Below are positions 21,224 through 30,918 of a stretch of DNA of 64,000 bases, piece after piece (position 1 is the first letter of the stretch; each line of letters opens with the position of its first letter). The DNA is taken from the NCBI GenBank assembly GCA_965199495.1, contig CBDASK010000003.1:1696001-1760000 (forward strand), in the 5' to 3' direction. The translations under genes and the position numbers were made by a program. This stretch comes from Abditibacterium sp. Lineage in GTDB: Bacteria; Armatimonadota; Abditibacteriia; Abditibacteriales; Abditibacteriaceae. The notes beneath the pieces were generated by a model. That model ran no database searches. It was given only the letters and a program-made list of their open reading frames with translations, and was not told the origin of the DNA.

Positions 21224-21666
21224 TCTTTGGGTCGCTCTGGCGAGGGCGTTTTGGGATGCTCGGCTTGAATCCGCTCGATTTCGGCGCGCGCCAATTTGCC
21301 CGCGTCGCGCTCAAATTTCTCGCGTTGCAACTGCGCGCCTTTGATCGTCAAAAACGCGTCGAACGCCGTGATGAGCAAGGCGATAACCAACAGCCCCATC
21401 GCGCCCATCACGACGGCGGCGAATCGTTTGCCGGTGATTCCGTCCGCCGGGCCGGACGGCCACAGGAAAAACGTGGCATAGGCCAAACTGCCCAAAACCA
21501 GCAGCCACAGGCAACCGCCCAAAACGCGCCAACGCATCTGGCGCGGCGATAACACCGAGTTGCCGCGCTTGAGGCGTCCGAACTCGAAGAAAATTCCGGC
21601 GCCGATGGCGACCATTCCGGCCACGCAAAGCGCGCCGAAGATCAAGCGAAGGGTTTGGGCGGGCAT
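21220..21666 (-). CDS. Hypothetical 3-TM membrane protein, first gene of the rib operon
   Basis: Three hydrophobic helices; stop overlaps the ribD start. Confidence 0.75.
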   Translation of the reverse strand: MPAQTLRLIFGALCVAGMVAIGAGIFFEFGRLKRGNSVLSPRQMRWRVLGGCLWLLVLGSLAYATFFLWPSGPADGITGKRFAAVVMGAMGLLVIALLITAFDAFLTIKGAQLQREKFERDAGKLARAEIERIQAEHPKTPSPERPKE

Positions 21667-21822
21667 GAGAAGGGAGAGTTTAATCTTGCGCGCTCGTAGA
21701 GACGCAGATTTATCGCGTCTAAAATGTTTTAATTGCCGTTTCCTTAAAGCAAGTTCGACGTTTTAGACGCGATAAATCTGCGTCTCTACGAGCGCGCAAG
21801 ATTAAACTCTCCCTTCTCATGC
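21663..21822. repeat. REP doublet (GTAGAGACG family B) with 62-bp perfect arms including both flanking start codons
   Basis: 21663-21724 is the exact reverse complement of 21761-21822; 36-bp spacer. Confidence 0.92.
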
Positions 21823-23465
21823 TTCCGCTTTTGCCCCTCGATTTATCTACGCTGCCGATTCAAGACTTCGATTTTCTGATTATTGGCTCCGGCGTGGCTG
21901 GACTTTCGTGCGCCATCGAATTGGCGCCGCACGGACAGGTCGGCGTTTTGACCAAAGAAGACATCACGCAAGGCTCGACCAAATGGGCGCAGGGCGGCAT
22001 CGCGGCGGTTTTGGCGCCCGAACCGGTTGATTCGCCCGCGCTGCACCAATCTGATACCGAAACGGCGGGCGCCGGTTTGTCCGATCCGTCCGCCGTGGCT
22101 GTGTTGGTGGGCGACGGGCCGCAACGCATTCGCGAACTCATCGCGCGCGGCGCGCACTTCGATACCGAACCCAACGGCGACCTCAAACTCACGCGCGAGG
22201 CCGCGCATCGCGCGCGCCGCATCGTTCACGCGCAGGGCGATTCGACGGGCCGCGAAGTGCAGCGCAGTCTGGGCCAAGTCGCGCACGACGACGCGCGCAT
22301 TTCGGTGTTGGAAAACGTTCTGACGGTTGATTTATGGATCGAGCGCGGCAGATGTCGCGGCGCCGTCGGTTTGAACGCTGATGGCGAATTAGTTTTGTTT
22401 CGCGCTAAAGCCACGATTGTCGCGACGGGCGGCGTCGGCGCGTTGTATAAAGTCACGACCAACCCGGCGGTTCTCACGGGCGATGGCATGGCGATGGCGT
22501 TTCGCGCGGGCGCGCCATTGATGGACATGGAATTCGTGCAATTTCACCCGACGGCTTTTGCCAAAGGCCCGTCGAATCCGCGCTTTTTAATCAGCGAAGC
22601 CGTGCGCGGTGAGGGCGCGCATTTGGTGGACGACCGAGGCGTGCGTTTCATGCCCAACTATCATCCCGACGCCGAACTGGCGCCGCGCGATGTCGTGGCG
22701 CGCGCGATTGCGTCCGAAATGTTGGCGAGCGGCGCCGAACACGTTTTTCTCGATTTGACCGCCAACAGCGCGCAAGAAATCGCCGCCCGTTTTCCGACGA
22801 TTTATTCGACGTGCGTCGCTTACGGCATTGACCCGGCGACCGAGCCGATTCCGGTCGCGCCCGCCGAGCATTACATGATGGGCGGCATTCGCACCGATTT
22901 GGACGGCGCGACTTCGATTCCCGGCTTGTTGGCGGCGGGCGAGTGCGCCTGCACCGGCGTTCACGGCGCCAACCGATTGGCGAGTAATTCGATGCTCGAA
23001 GGTTTGGTTTTCGGCATCCGCACCGTGCGCGCTGCAATGAAATGCGCCACCGATTCCGACGCCGAACCCGGCTCGCCCGTCGCGCCGCGCACTTTTCAGG
23101 CGAACTCGATTCCGTCCGATAATTTTTCCGATGACGAATTAAACCAAGCCAAAACGCAGTTGCAAGCCGCGATGTGGCGCGGCGTCGGTCTGGTGCGCGA
23201 TGCAGCCACGTTGGGCCACACCTTGACAACAATCAACGATTTATACGCGAAATTCGGCCATCCCGGCCCGCGCCGCAACGCCATCGAACTCGCCAACATG
23301 ATCGAGTGCGCGTGGCTCATCACGCGCGCCGCCCTCGAACGCCACGAAAGTCGCGGCGCCCATTTTCGCCGCGATTTCCCCGCCACGCGCGAAGAATGGA
23401 AACATCATTTATTATTGAGCGGCGACCGCGATAGTCTGGTCATTAGCGAAATCGAGGTGAAATAA
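21819..23465 (+). CDS. nadB: L-aspartate oxidase
   Basis: GSGVAGL, WAQGGIA, REAAH, QFHPT, ELAPRD, HGANRLASNS, ESRGAH. Confidence 0.96.
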   Translation: MLPLLPLDLSTLPIQDFDFLIIGSGVAGLSCAIELAPHGQVGVLTKEDITQGSTKWAQGGIAAVLAPEPVDSPALHQSDTETAGAGLSDPSAVAVLVGDGPQRIRELIARGAHFDTEPNGDLKLTREAAHRARRIVHAQGDSTGREVQRSLGQVAHDDARISVLENVLTVDLWIERGRCRGAVGLNADGELVLFRAKATIVATGGVGALYKVTTNPAVLTGDGMAMAFRAGAPLMDMEFVQFHPTAFAKGPSNPRFLISEAVRGEGAHLVDDRGVRFMPNYHPDAELAPRDVVARAIASEMLASGAEHVFLDLTANSAQEIAARFPTIYSTCVAYGIDPATEPIPVAPAEHYMMGGIRTDLDGATSIPGLLAAGECACTGVHGANRLASNSMLEGLVFGIRTVRAAMKCATDSDAEPGSPVAPRTFQANSIPSDNFSDDELNQAKTQLQAAMWRGVGLVRDAATLGHTLTTINDLYAKFGHPGPRRNAIELANMIECAWLITRAALERHESRGAHFRRDFPATREEWKHHLLLSGDRDSLVISEIEVK

Positions 23466-23878
23466 TGCCCGAACTGCAATGGGACGAATTCGATTTCTTT
23501 TACTGTTTGGAAGTCGAGCCGCAATTCTATGACGAATACAAATTGCGTTATATTTACAAAGTCGAGAAAGAAGGATTGGCTTTGACTGTCGTTGTTCGTC
23601 CGTTGGATGGTGCTATTTTTCTTTCGTTGGGCCAGCGGGGAAGCGAACTTTCTCTCGTTGAATTCGCGGTTTTGGTTCGCGGCAAAATTCGTTATATCCG
23701 CGACAAACGCGGCGAATATTTAGAATTCGACGATTGTCTGCTCATGCCAACAACGATGTCACACTATCGGTTGATGCGTCCTCCAGCAAAACAGGCGGAT
23801 GCGATGGACGCGTTTCAACCCGGTTGGACTGTTCAACTTTCCATCAAACCGCAAATCCAAATTCGCTATCTTGATTAG
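23465..23878 (+). CDS. Hypothetical protein
   Basis: 137-aa ORF coupled to nadB (TAATG) and followed by a terminator; lower GC. Confidence 0.7.
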   Translation: MPELQWDEFDFFYCLEVEPQFYDEYKLRYIYKVEKEGLALTVVVRPLDGAIFLSLGQRGSELSLVEFAVLVRGKIRYIRDKRGEYLEFDDCLLMPTTMSHYRLMRPPAKQADAMDAFQPGWTVQLSIKPQIQIRYLD

Positions 23879-23894
23879 ATTTCCGCGCCAAAAG

Positions 23895-23932
23895 AAAAAG
23901 GCAAAAGTGCACGATGCACTTTTGCCTTTTTT
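23895..23932. terminator. Bidirectional intrinsic terminator
   Basis: AAAAAGGCAAAAGTGCA-CGA-TGCACTTTTGCCTTTTT between convergent genes. Confidence 0.8.
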
Positions 23933-23945
23933 GCTTTTGTGAAAA

Positions 23946-25136
23946 TTAATTCTCGCGTTCGTTCAACTTCGCCGTCAATTCTTCGACCTGTTTTTCCAAG
24001 CGCCGCAGTTGTTTCGCCATATCGGGCAGTTTGCGCGAAGCGGCGTGAACGCGCAGATATTCGCGTTGCGGCAACGAGGGCGAACCCATCACGAATTCGC
24101 CGGGCGGAATGTCGGCCATAATGCCCGCTTTGGCGCCCAAAATCGCGCCTTTGCCGATGCGCACATGATCGCGCAAACCGACTTGACCGGCCATGCTCAC
24201 GTTATCTTCGATAATCACCGACCCGCTTAAACCGACTTGGCCGCAAATCACGCAATTTTTGCCGACTTGAACGTTGTGCGCGATTTGCGTCAGGTTGTCC
24301 ACTTTGGTGCCTTCGCCCACGCGCGTGGCTCCCATTGTGGCGCGGTCAATGCACACGTTGGCGCCGATTTCCACGTCGTCTTCGATAATGACGGTGCCGA
24401 TTTGCGGGACTTTCTGGTGGCGCTCGCCGTCGAAAACATAGCCGAAACCGTCGCTGCCCAAAACGCTGCCCGAATGAATGCGCACGCGTTTGCCGATGTG
24501 AACCTGACGATAAATCACGACCGACGGATAAATAATCGTGCCCCTGCCGATTTGCGCGCCGTCGCCGACGGTGACGTGCGGATACAAAACCGCGCCATCG
24601 TCAATGCGCGCGTGATGGCCGACGTAACAGCCCTCGCGAATGGTGACATTTTTGCCGATGATCGCGTCCGATTCGATGACGGCGGTGCGATGCACGCCTT
24701 TTTCCGGCAGCGCGGCGGGCTGCATCCATTCCAAAACTTTGGCGAACGCCAGACGCGGATTGCCCGCGAAAACAATCGGTTTTTCGTGGGTTTGGCGGTC
24801 TTTGGCGCGCTTGTTTTCGGCGCTTTTGCGTTGCAAACGGCGCGCTTCTTCGAGAGTTTCGCGCAATGCTTCGGGCGCGATGATAGCCGCCGCGTTCGAT
24901 TGGAGCGCCTCAACAATCAGCTTGTCCGAATCTATGAAAGAAATCGCGCCGGGCGCGGCGCTTTCGAGACCAGCCACGCCGGTGATGGGCGTGGATTCGT
25001 CGCCGACCCATTGCGCGCCCAAAAGCTGCGCGATTTCGCCCACGGTCGTAGTGCGAATCTCATTAGCGCGGATTTCTCCCGTGCGATTCTCGCCGTTGCG
25101 AGTTGGGCCGTTCGAGGCCACATTAGCGGTCGCCAT
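23946..25136 (-). CDS. lpxD: UDP-3-O-acylglucosamine N-acyltransferase
   Basis: Hexapeptide repeats; GSDGFGY, EIGANVCIDR, KVDNLTQIAHNV. Confidence 0.95.
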   Translation of the reverse strand: MATANVASNGPTRNGENRTGEIRANEIRTTTVGEIAQLLGAQWVGDESTPITGVAGLESAAPGAISFIDSDKLIVEALQSNAAAIIAPEALRETLEEARRLQRKSAENKRAKDRQTHEKPIVFAGNPRLAFAKVLEWMQPAALPEKGVHRTAVIESDAIIGKNVTIREGCYVGHHARIDDGAVLYPHVTVGDGAQIGRGTIIYPSVVIYRQVHIGKRVRIHSGSVLGSDGFGYVFDGERHQKVPQIGTVIIEDDVEIGANVCIDRATMGATRVGEGTKVDNLTQIAHNVQVGKNCVICGQVGLSGSVIIEDNVSMAGQVGLRDHVRIGKGAILGAKAGIMADIPPGEFVMGSPSLPQREYLRVHAASRKLPDMAKQLRRLEKQVEELTAKLNEREN

Positions 25137-25416
25137 AAAAATTTGACTCCTGAATTGCGTTGTTCCCTATGCGCTCCAATAGTTATAGAGTGCGCCCAGA
25201 AAAAATAACGGTAACGATGAATTGCGGTGATGTTCAGGAAAGCGGCGCGCAAAAAAATGCACGTTCGTTGACAGTTCCGCCCTATTTTACCACGTTAAAG
25301 AAACTCTCACCCGTTTCAAGTTGCGCGATAAGTTCATCGCGTTCACAACAATTGCTTAATACAAGTTTTTTAACGGCTCCCTGAACCAAAATAGGCGCGC
25401 TTGACAATCGCGGTTT

Positions 25417-26778
25417 TTAGCCCGCTGAAATCGCGAACAATTTCTGCAACGCCAACGCCGTGCGGTCGGGCGCGTCGTCTTCATCCGACAACTGCGCGCC
25501 CCAACTCAGCGCCAATTGCTGCGCCCACTGTTTCGCATCGCGGCGCGCCTGAGCGCGCAATTGCGCGATATTTTCGCTTTTGGTTCGAGCCGTCTGGCTT
25601 AACGAACGATTGTCGCGAGCAATCAACAAATCACCATCGTTTCTGTCCGACGCAGACGCGTTACCGCGCGCGTTTGTTGGAAAAGAACTGTTGTCGTTCA
25701 CGCTCAAATTGGTGTCAGCGAGGCGCGTTGGTGGGAGCAACAAACGCAAAATTTGAGTGTCGCTGGCGCCGGGCGCGTTGCTGTTCAAGCGGTTTTCGAC
25801 GAGTTGGCGCAGTTCTAAGCGCGCGTAATAACGCTCCGATTCGCGCTTGGTCGCGGCGGCGTCCAGCGCAGCGAGGCCTTCGCGGCGCAATCGCGCGGGC
25901 AGTTCTTCGAAAGCCGCGCGCAATCGCGCGTTTTGCTGCGCGGTTTGGCGCGCCCAAACCTCGTTGAGCCGTTTTTCGATGACTTCGATTTTGGCGGCGG
26001 CGGCGGCTTTTTGCGCGACCGGCACGCTGAGTTGCTCTAACAATTGCAAACGCAAGTTAGAAAGTTCGAGCGCAGTTTCGGGCGAAACCGGAGTCAGAGA
26101 AATCGCCTCGACCGCGCCGCGCGTGGCCGCTCGAATGCGGCCTTCCAGCGCGCGCCGCGCCAAATCCGATTCGGCGACTTCCAAATCGTTCTGGCGGGTG
26201 CGCAGGTCGGACAGAAAATCGTCGAGCGTGGCGCGACTGGCCGCAATCGCCGGGCGCTGATTCAGCGTCGCCGTCACGCTACGCGCCGCGCGCGTTGGCA
26301 AAGCGTTGATGTCGGGAATCGCCAATTCGCCTGCCACATTTTTAGTGGGATTAACCGGCGCCAACGACGGCACGCGAACGCCAATTTGGCGCGCATCGGT
26401 GGGCGCAATCGTTTCGCGTTGCAGCGCGTCGGCGAGCAGCCACGCCGCATGGCGACGCGCCAGAGCATCAATATCAATGCGAATCGCGCGCGGCCCGGCT
26501 TTCGCCGTGGCTGCTCCGGCGGGCGCGGAGTAACGATTAATCCACGCGGTCACAGTTTTGGCGTTGATGCCCGCGACCGCCCGTTCCAGCGAACGCGAGC
26601 GCGCCGCCGCCGCTTTGTCGTTGGCCGCGATTTCCACTGTCGTCGGCGGTTGCGGAATTGGCGGTATGACTTGCGGCAATGCCGAACAACCGCCTAAAAA
26701 TCCCGCGCCCAAAAGCACGCCCGCCCACGCGATGCGCGATGAGCGCAGTGCGTTGGAGCGAGCGGGAATTTTGGGCAT
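25417..26778 (-). CDS. Hypothetical helical lipoprotein
   Basis: Lipobox-like LGGC after a hydrophobic stretch; Ala/Arg-rich coiled-coil character; lies between skp-like gene and lpxD. Confidence 0.7.
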   Translation of the reverse strand: MPKIPARSNALRSSRIAWAGVLLGAGFLGGCSALPQVIPPIPQPPTTVEIAANDKAAAARSRSLERAVAGINAKTVTAWINRYSAPAGAATAKAGPRAIRIDIDALARRHAAWLLADALQRETIAPTDARQIGVRVPSLAPVNPTKNVAGELAIPDINALPTRAARSVTATLNQRPAIAASRATLDDFLSDLRTRQNDLEVAESDLARRALEGRIRAATRGAVEAISLTPVSPETALELSNLRLQLLEQLSVPVAQKAAAAAKIEVIEKRLNEVWARQTAQQNARLRAAFEELPARLRREGLAALDAAATKRESERYYARLELRQLVENRLNSNAPGASDTQILRLLLPPTRLADTNLSVNDNSSFPTNARGNASASDRNDGDLLIARDNRSLSQTARTKSENIAQLRAQARRDAKQWAQQLALSWGAQLSDEDDAPDRTALALQKLFAISAG

Positions 26779-26794
26779 TGGGTTGAGGGCGAGC

Positions 26795-26869
26795 CAACAG
26801 AACCCGGAGCGGAAGCGACGCGGCTAATTCAGCACTCAAGCCGCGTCGCTTCCGCTCCGGGTTCTGTTG
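26795..26869. repeat. REP-like palindrome with 31-bp perfect arms
   Basis: 26795-26825 is the reverse complement of 26839-26869. Confidence 0.85.
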
Positions 26870-26875
26870 CGCGAT

Positions 26876-27541
26876 TTAATTCAAGCGCTTCAAAACTTCA
26901 TCGGTGATGTCGATATTATCCGCCGACCACACCAACGCTTTTTTGCGAATCACGGCATTTAATTTCTTTTCGGTCGCGACTTGAATGACGACCGAGTTCG
27001 CTTTGTCGGTGTAGCTTTTGTCCACGTCGTCCTGCTGCTTGCGGATCGCTTCGAGCAGATTTTGCGAGAGAGCCTGCAAACCGGGGCCATTTTTCGAGGC
27101 CATATCCTGCAACTCTTTGAGGCGGGTTTCATCGGCGGGCGTGCGGTTGGCTTTGCCGATGAGACCGAGAAATTCGGCTTTGCGGTCGGTACCGGTTTTG
27201 ACCAAGCCATCGAGTTGCGTCTGTTGCGCCCCAGAGAGCGTGGGCAAAACGATCACGCTATCGAAGGCTTTGCCTTCGGTGTCGTTGAGATACTCGCGCG
27301 CCGGGATTTTGGAATCCAAACCCTGCGCGCGCTTGTCGAGATCGCCGATGGCGGTTTGATAGAGTTTGTAACCGTCGGCGAGTTTTTCTTCATCAACAAC
27401 GCCAACAGTGGACGCGGGTTGCGCGTGCGCCACGCGCGCGGCGGGCACAAAAGCCAGCGTCGAGGCCAACCCAAAAGCGGCCAACAAGGGAAACGCGCGC
27501 AAACGCGAAGCAAGGGAAAAGGAACGAAAATTGGTTTTCAA
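26876..27541 (-). CDS. OmpH/Skp-family periplasmic chaperone (start uncertain)
   Basis: Signal peptide ending AHA; VGVVDEEKL...VATEKKLNAVI...DITDEVLKRLN; near lpxD. Confidence 0.8.
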   Translation of the reverse strand: MKTNFRSFSLASRLRAFPLLAAFGLASTLAFVPAARVAHAQPASTVGVVDEEKLADGYKLYQTAIGDLDKRAQGLDSKIPAREYLNDTEGKAFDSVIVLPTLSGAQQTQLDGLVKTGTDRKAEFLGLIGKANRTPADETRLKELQDMASKNGPGLQALSQNLLEAIRKQQDDVDKSYTDKANSVVIQVATEKKLNAVIRKKALVWSADNIDITDEVLKRLN

Positions 27542-27740
27542 GGGGAAACTCCAGAAGAAACTCGCGCGCGTGCAAAAGCGCGCAGCAGGCAAATATTTTA
27601 TCTGACGCTCGCGATTAGCGCCCAAAGCAGTGCGGGCGAGTCGTCAGAAGCCAAAAGAAACGGCGTTGCCAGAGGGCAACGCCGGAAAAATTAGACGCCG
27701 TTTCAAAAGCAAGGTTTTGCTTTGAAAGCAATAAAGCTCT

Positions 27741-27771
27741 GCGCCGTGGCTGTATGTTGCAGCCACGGCGC
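27741..27771 (-). terminator. Terminator hairpin built from two inverted CAGCCACG octamers
   Basis: GCGCCGTGGCTGTA-TGT-TGCAGCCACGGCGC, 6 nt past the moeB stop, with T-rich tract downstream on the minus strand. Confidence 0.7.
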
Positions 27772-27777
27772 CCGAAC

Positions 27778-28929
27778 TTAATAACGCGGCACGCTTTCGT
27801 CCACGTTTTTCGACCACGCATCAATGCCGCCCGCCATGTTCTTCAATTTCTTGAAGCCCAACTTTTGCAGACCGGCAATGGCGCGCGCCGAGCTGTCGCC
27901 GACGTGACAGAACACCACGTAATCCTGCGCCGAATCCAACTCTTTGACGCGGCCCAGCAAATCGGCGTAGGGAATGTGAACCGAATTGGGCAAAACCGTG
28001 ATTTGCACCTCTTCGTCGCTGCGCACATCCAAAAACTTGGCGTCGCTTTCGTCCATGAACGCCTTGGCCTGTTTCGCCGAAATCTGCTCGATAGATTTCG
28101 GATCGGCGCCCAACGATTCCTCGGAAATGCCGCACAAAAACCGATAATCGGCGGCGGGCAGCAAATTCGTAATCGTCGGATGCTCACCGCAAATCGGACA
28201 ATCCGGGTCTTTGCGGATTTTCAGCGTGCGGAAAGTCATCGCGAGGGCGTCATAAATCAGCAAGCGCCCGATGAGCGGATTGCCCACGCCCATCAAAATT
28301 TTGAGCGCCTCGGTCGCCTGAATCGTGCCGACGATGCCGGGCAAAATGCCCAGCACGCCGCCTTCGGCGCACGACGGCACCATGCCGGGGGGCGGCGGTT
28401 CGGGATACAGACAGCGATAGCACGGGCCGTTGGGGTCGGCGAAAACGGTGGATTGGCCGTCGAAACGGAAAATCGAGCCGTAAACATTGAGCGTTTTGGT
28501 CAAAACGCAGGCGTCGTTGACGATGTAGCGCGTCTCGAAATTGTCGGTGCCGTCCACGACGATATCGTGGCTCGAAACCAATTCCATGACGTTTTCGGTC
28601 GAAACGGCGTCTTGAATCGCGTTGACTTTGACGAACGGATTGATTTCGGCGATGCGGTTTTTGGCCGATTCGACTTTGGGAATTCCGACGCTGGAAGAGT
28701 CGTGCAGAATTTGGCGTTGCAGGTTGGAAACGTCCACGACATCGGGGTCGAGAATGGTGATTTCGCCGACGCCCGAAGCGGCCAAATAAAGACCGGCGGG
28801 CGAGCCTAAACCGCCCGCTCCGACCATCAAAAGTTTGGACGCCTTGAGCTTTTCCTGACCATCAACGCCGACTTCCGGCATAATCAAGTGGCGCCCATAG
28901 CGCATGATTTCGGGGTTAGTCAGCTTCAT
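27778..28929 (-). CDS. moeB: MoeB/MoeZ adenylyltransferase-rhodanese fusion
   Basis: RYGRHL, GAGGLG, SNLQRQ, CYRC, CPIC, C-terminal rhodanese domain ending VPRY. Confidence 0.93.
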   Translation of the reverse strand: MKLTNPEIMRYGRHLIMPEVGVDGQEKLKASKLLMVGAGGLGSPAGLYLAASGVGEITILDPDVVDVSNLQRQILHDSSSVGIPKVESAKNRIAEINPFVKVNAIQDAVSTENVMELVSSHDIVVDGTDNFETRYIVNDACVLTKTLNVYGSIFRFDGQSTVFADPNGPCYRCLYPEPPPPGMVPSCAEGGVLGILPGIVGTIQATEALKILMGVGNPLIGRLLIYDALAMTFRTLKIRKDPDCPICGEHPTITNLLPAADYRFLCGISEESLGADPKSIEQISAKQAKAFMDESDAKFLDVRSDEEVQITVLPNSVHIPYADLLGRVKELDSAQDYVVFCHVGDSSARAIAGLQKLGFKKLKNMAGGIDAWSKNVDESVPRY

Positions 28930-29222
28930 AATGTTTCTTGAACGGATTCGATATTTTGCATCCATTGCTCGCAACTTTTAGGGACGTGCGCCGATTGGAA
29001 GGAGGCGTTCAGCCCCGCTTGAAGCGAAGCGCGTTTCAAAACGGACGTTACAAAATATCTCTTCGTGAATCGGTGAGTTTAACTTCTAAACTCACGCACT
29101 GGCTAATTCGGTGGATAGAGCCAGTCAGGCTTGCCAAACGCGCGCCCGCCCGTTCGCGTTTCCCTTATTTTCCGATTTCGCCCGCATTTCCCACCCGCGA
29201 CATAGGAAAACCAATTTTTCCG

Positions 29223-30746
29223 ATGGCCTCCGCTTCTACTCGCCCCACCAAGCAGCCACGCGCACAGGCTGGCGCCAACGTTTCGCCCAACGAAACGCGC
29301 GTCGCGTTGATTTTTCTGGCGTTGGCGCTGGTTACAGGCGGCGCGGTGCGTTTGTATTCCCTCGTCCAAATGCCGTTTGCCTTTGGCGATGGCGGTATGT
29401 TTTGGGTCGCGACGCGCGCGATTGCGGGCGCCAATTTCGCCTTGCCAGCGACGTTAGCTTATCCGGCGCCCGATGCCAATTTGCCGTTTTGCTATCCGCC
29501 GATGGGCTTTTACGCGGCGGCGGTTTTGGCAAAAGTGGGCGTGCCGATGGCGCAGATTTTTCGATGGCTCCCGTGGGCGTGGAGCATGGCAACGATTTGG
29601 GCGTTCTGGCGCTTGGCTCGCACATTTTGGAAGAACGAGCCGGACGGCGAATGGGCGGCGGGCGCGGCGACTTTGTGTTGGGCGCTGTTGCCGTGGAGCT
29701 TTTTTTGGATGGTTATGGGCGGCGGCCTGACGCGCGCGCTGGGACTTGGGTGCGCGTTTCTGGCGATTGACGCCGCGATCAAATTATGGCGCGACGGCGA
29801 AACCCGACAATGGATTTGGTTGACGATTTTTTTGGCGATGACGTTGGCTTCGCACCTCGAACGCGCGCGCTTCGCCGTCGTGGCTGTTGGTCTGATCTGG
29901 CTGTTTTACGGAATATCTTCGCGCGGCGCGCTTCAATTGGCGGGTGCCTATTTCGGCGCGGCGCTCTTCACCGCGCCGTGGTGGGGCTTGTGTCTGATGC
30001 GCTTTGGACTCGCGCCGTTCAGGGCTGCGGCGAGTAGCGGCGGCAGCGGTTGGAGCGAATCGTCGGGCGCCTCAGCTTTGGTCAAAGCGGTTTTATTCAC
30101 CATCAACGGCGAAGCGATTTTGCCGTTCGCGCATATTTTGGGCGCGTTGGGTTTGATTTGGTGTTTGTCGCGCCGCCAATATTTTTTGCCGGTCTGGGCG
30201 CTGGCAATTTTGCTCATCGAAGTGCGTTCGGGTCGCATCTTTATCATCGCGCCGCTTGCGCTGGGCGTCGGCATCTTGCTCGCCAACGCGCCGCGCGCGC
30301 GCTTTATTACGATGGGCTTGTTGACTTTCTGGCTCTGTTTTTTGTCAGTGGAAGTGCAATTAAACCTCATCGGCCTGACGCGCGGCGATTTGGCGGCGAT
30401 TGATTGGGCAAAAACAAACGCGCCTGCCGATGCAAAATTTTTGGTGATCCCGACCAACGATTGGGCGATGGACGAAACCGCCGAATGGTTTCCGGCGCTG
30501 GCGAACCGTGCGAGCGTGACGACGGTGCAGGGCGCCGAATGGTTACCCGATGGCGAGTTTCGACGGCGCATCGAGCGCCATGAAAAATTGCGTGGTGCCC
30601 AAAGCTGGCCAGCAGCCACGGCGACTGGATTGCCGCCTTTCGATTGGGTTTGGCGTCCCGACAACGCACCGCAATGGGAGCCGGACGCACGCTGGCGAAA
30701 AGTTTGGTCGAACGGCAATAACGCGATTTGGAAACGCGTGGAATAA
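29223..30746 (+). CDS. Multi-TM GT-C-type (ArnT/PMT-like) glycosyltransferase
   Basis: GDGGMF, YPPMGFY, GGGLTRALG, EWFPAL, TVQGAEW; more than 10 TM helices. Confidence 0.7.
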   Translation: MASASTRPTKQPRAQAGANVSPNETRVALIFLALALVTGGAVRLYSLVQMPFAFGDGGMFWVATRAIAGANFALPATLAYPAPDANLPFCYPPMGFYAAAVLAKVGVPMAQIFRWLPWAWSMATIWAFWRLARTFWKNEPDGEWAAGAATLCWALLPWSFFWMVMGGGLTRALGLGCAFLAIDAAIKLWRDGETRQWIWLTIFLAMTLASHLERARFAVVAVGLIWLFYGISSRGALQLAGAYFGAALFTAPWWGLCLMRFGLAPFRAAASSGGSGWSESSGASALVKAVLFTINGEAILPFAHILGALGLIWCLSRRQYFLPVWALAILLIEVRSGRIFIIAPLALGVGILLANAPRARFITMGLLTFWLCFLSVEVQLNLIGLTRGDLAAIDWAKTNAPADAKFLVIPTNDWAMDETAEWFPALANRASVTTVQGAEWLPDGEFRRRIERHEKLRGAQSWPAATATGLPPFDWVWRPDNAPQWEPDARWRKVWSNGNNAIWKRVE

Positions 30747-30758
30747 GCGAACGAATTT

Positions 30759-30899
30759 ATTTCCCACAAAAACGCAAAAATCACAAAAGGCACAAAAAAT
30801 TCAAAAGGTTTTGAAGAACAATTTTCCGATAAAGAAAGTTCGACCAGCTATTTTTGAATTTTTTGTGCCTTTTGTGATTTTTGCGTTTTTGTGGGAAAT
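30759..30899. repeat. Long palindromic element (family C), intact copy with 48-bp perfect arms
   Basis: 30759-30806 is the exact reverse complement of 30852-30899; spacer similar to 160-210. Confidence 0.9.
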
Positions 30900-30918
30900 T
30901 GAACTTCTTGAAATGGAT

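Noticed and set aside
21667..21818. FMN riboswitch upstream of the rib operon
   Set aside because: No RFN consensus seen; the region is fully explained by the inverted repeat
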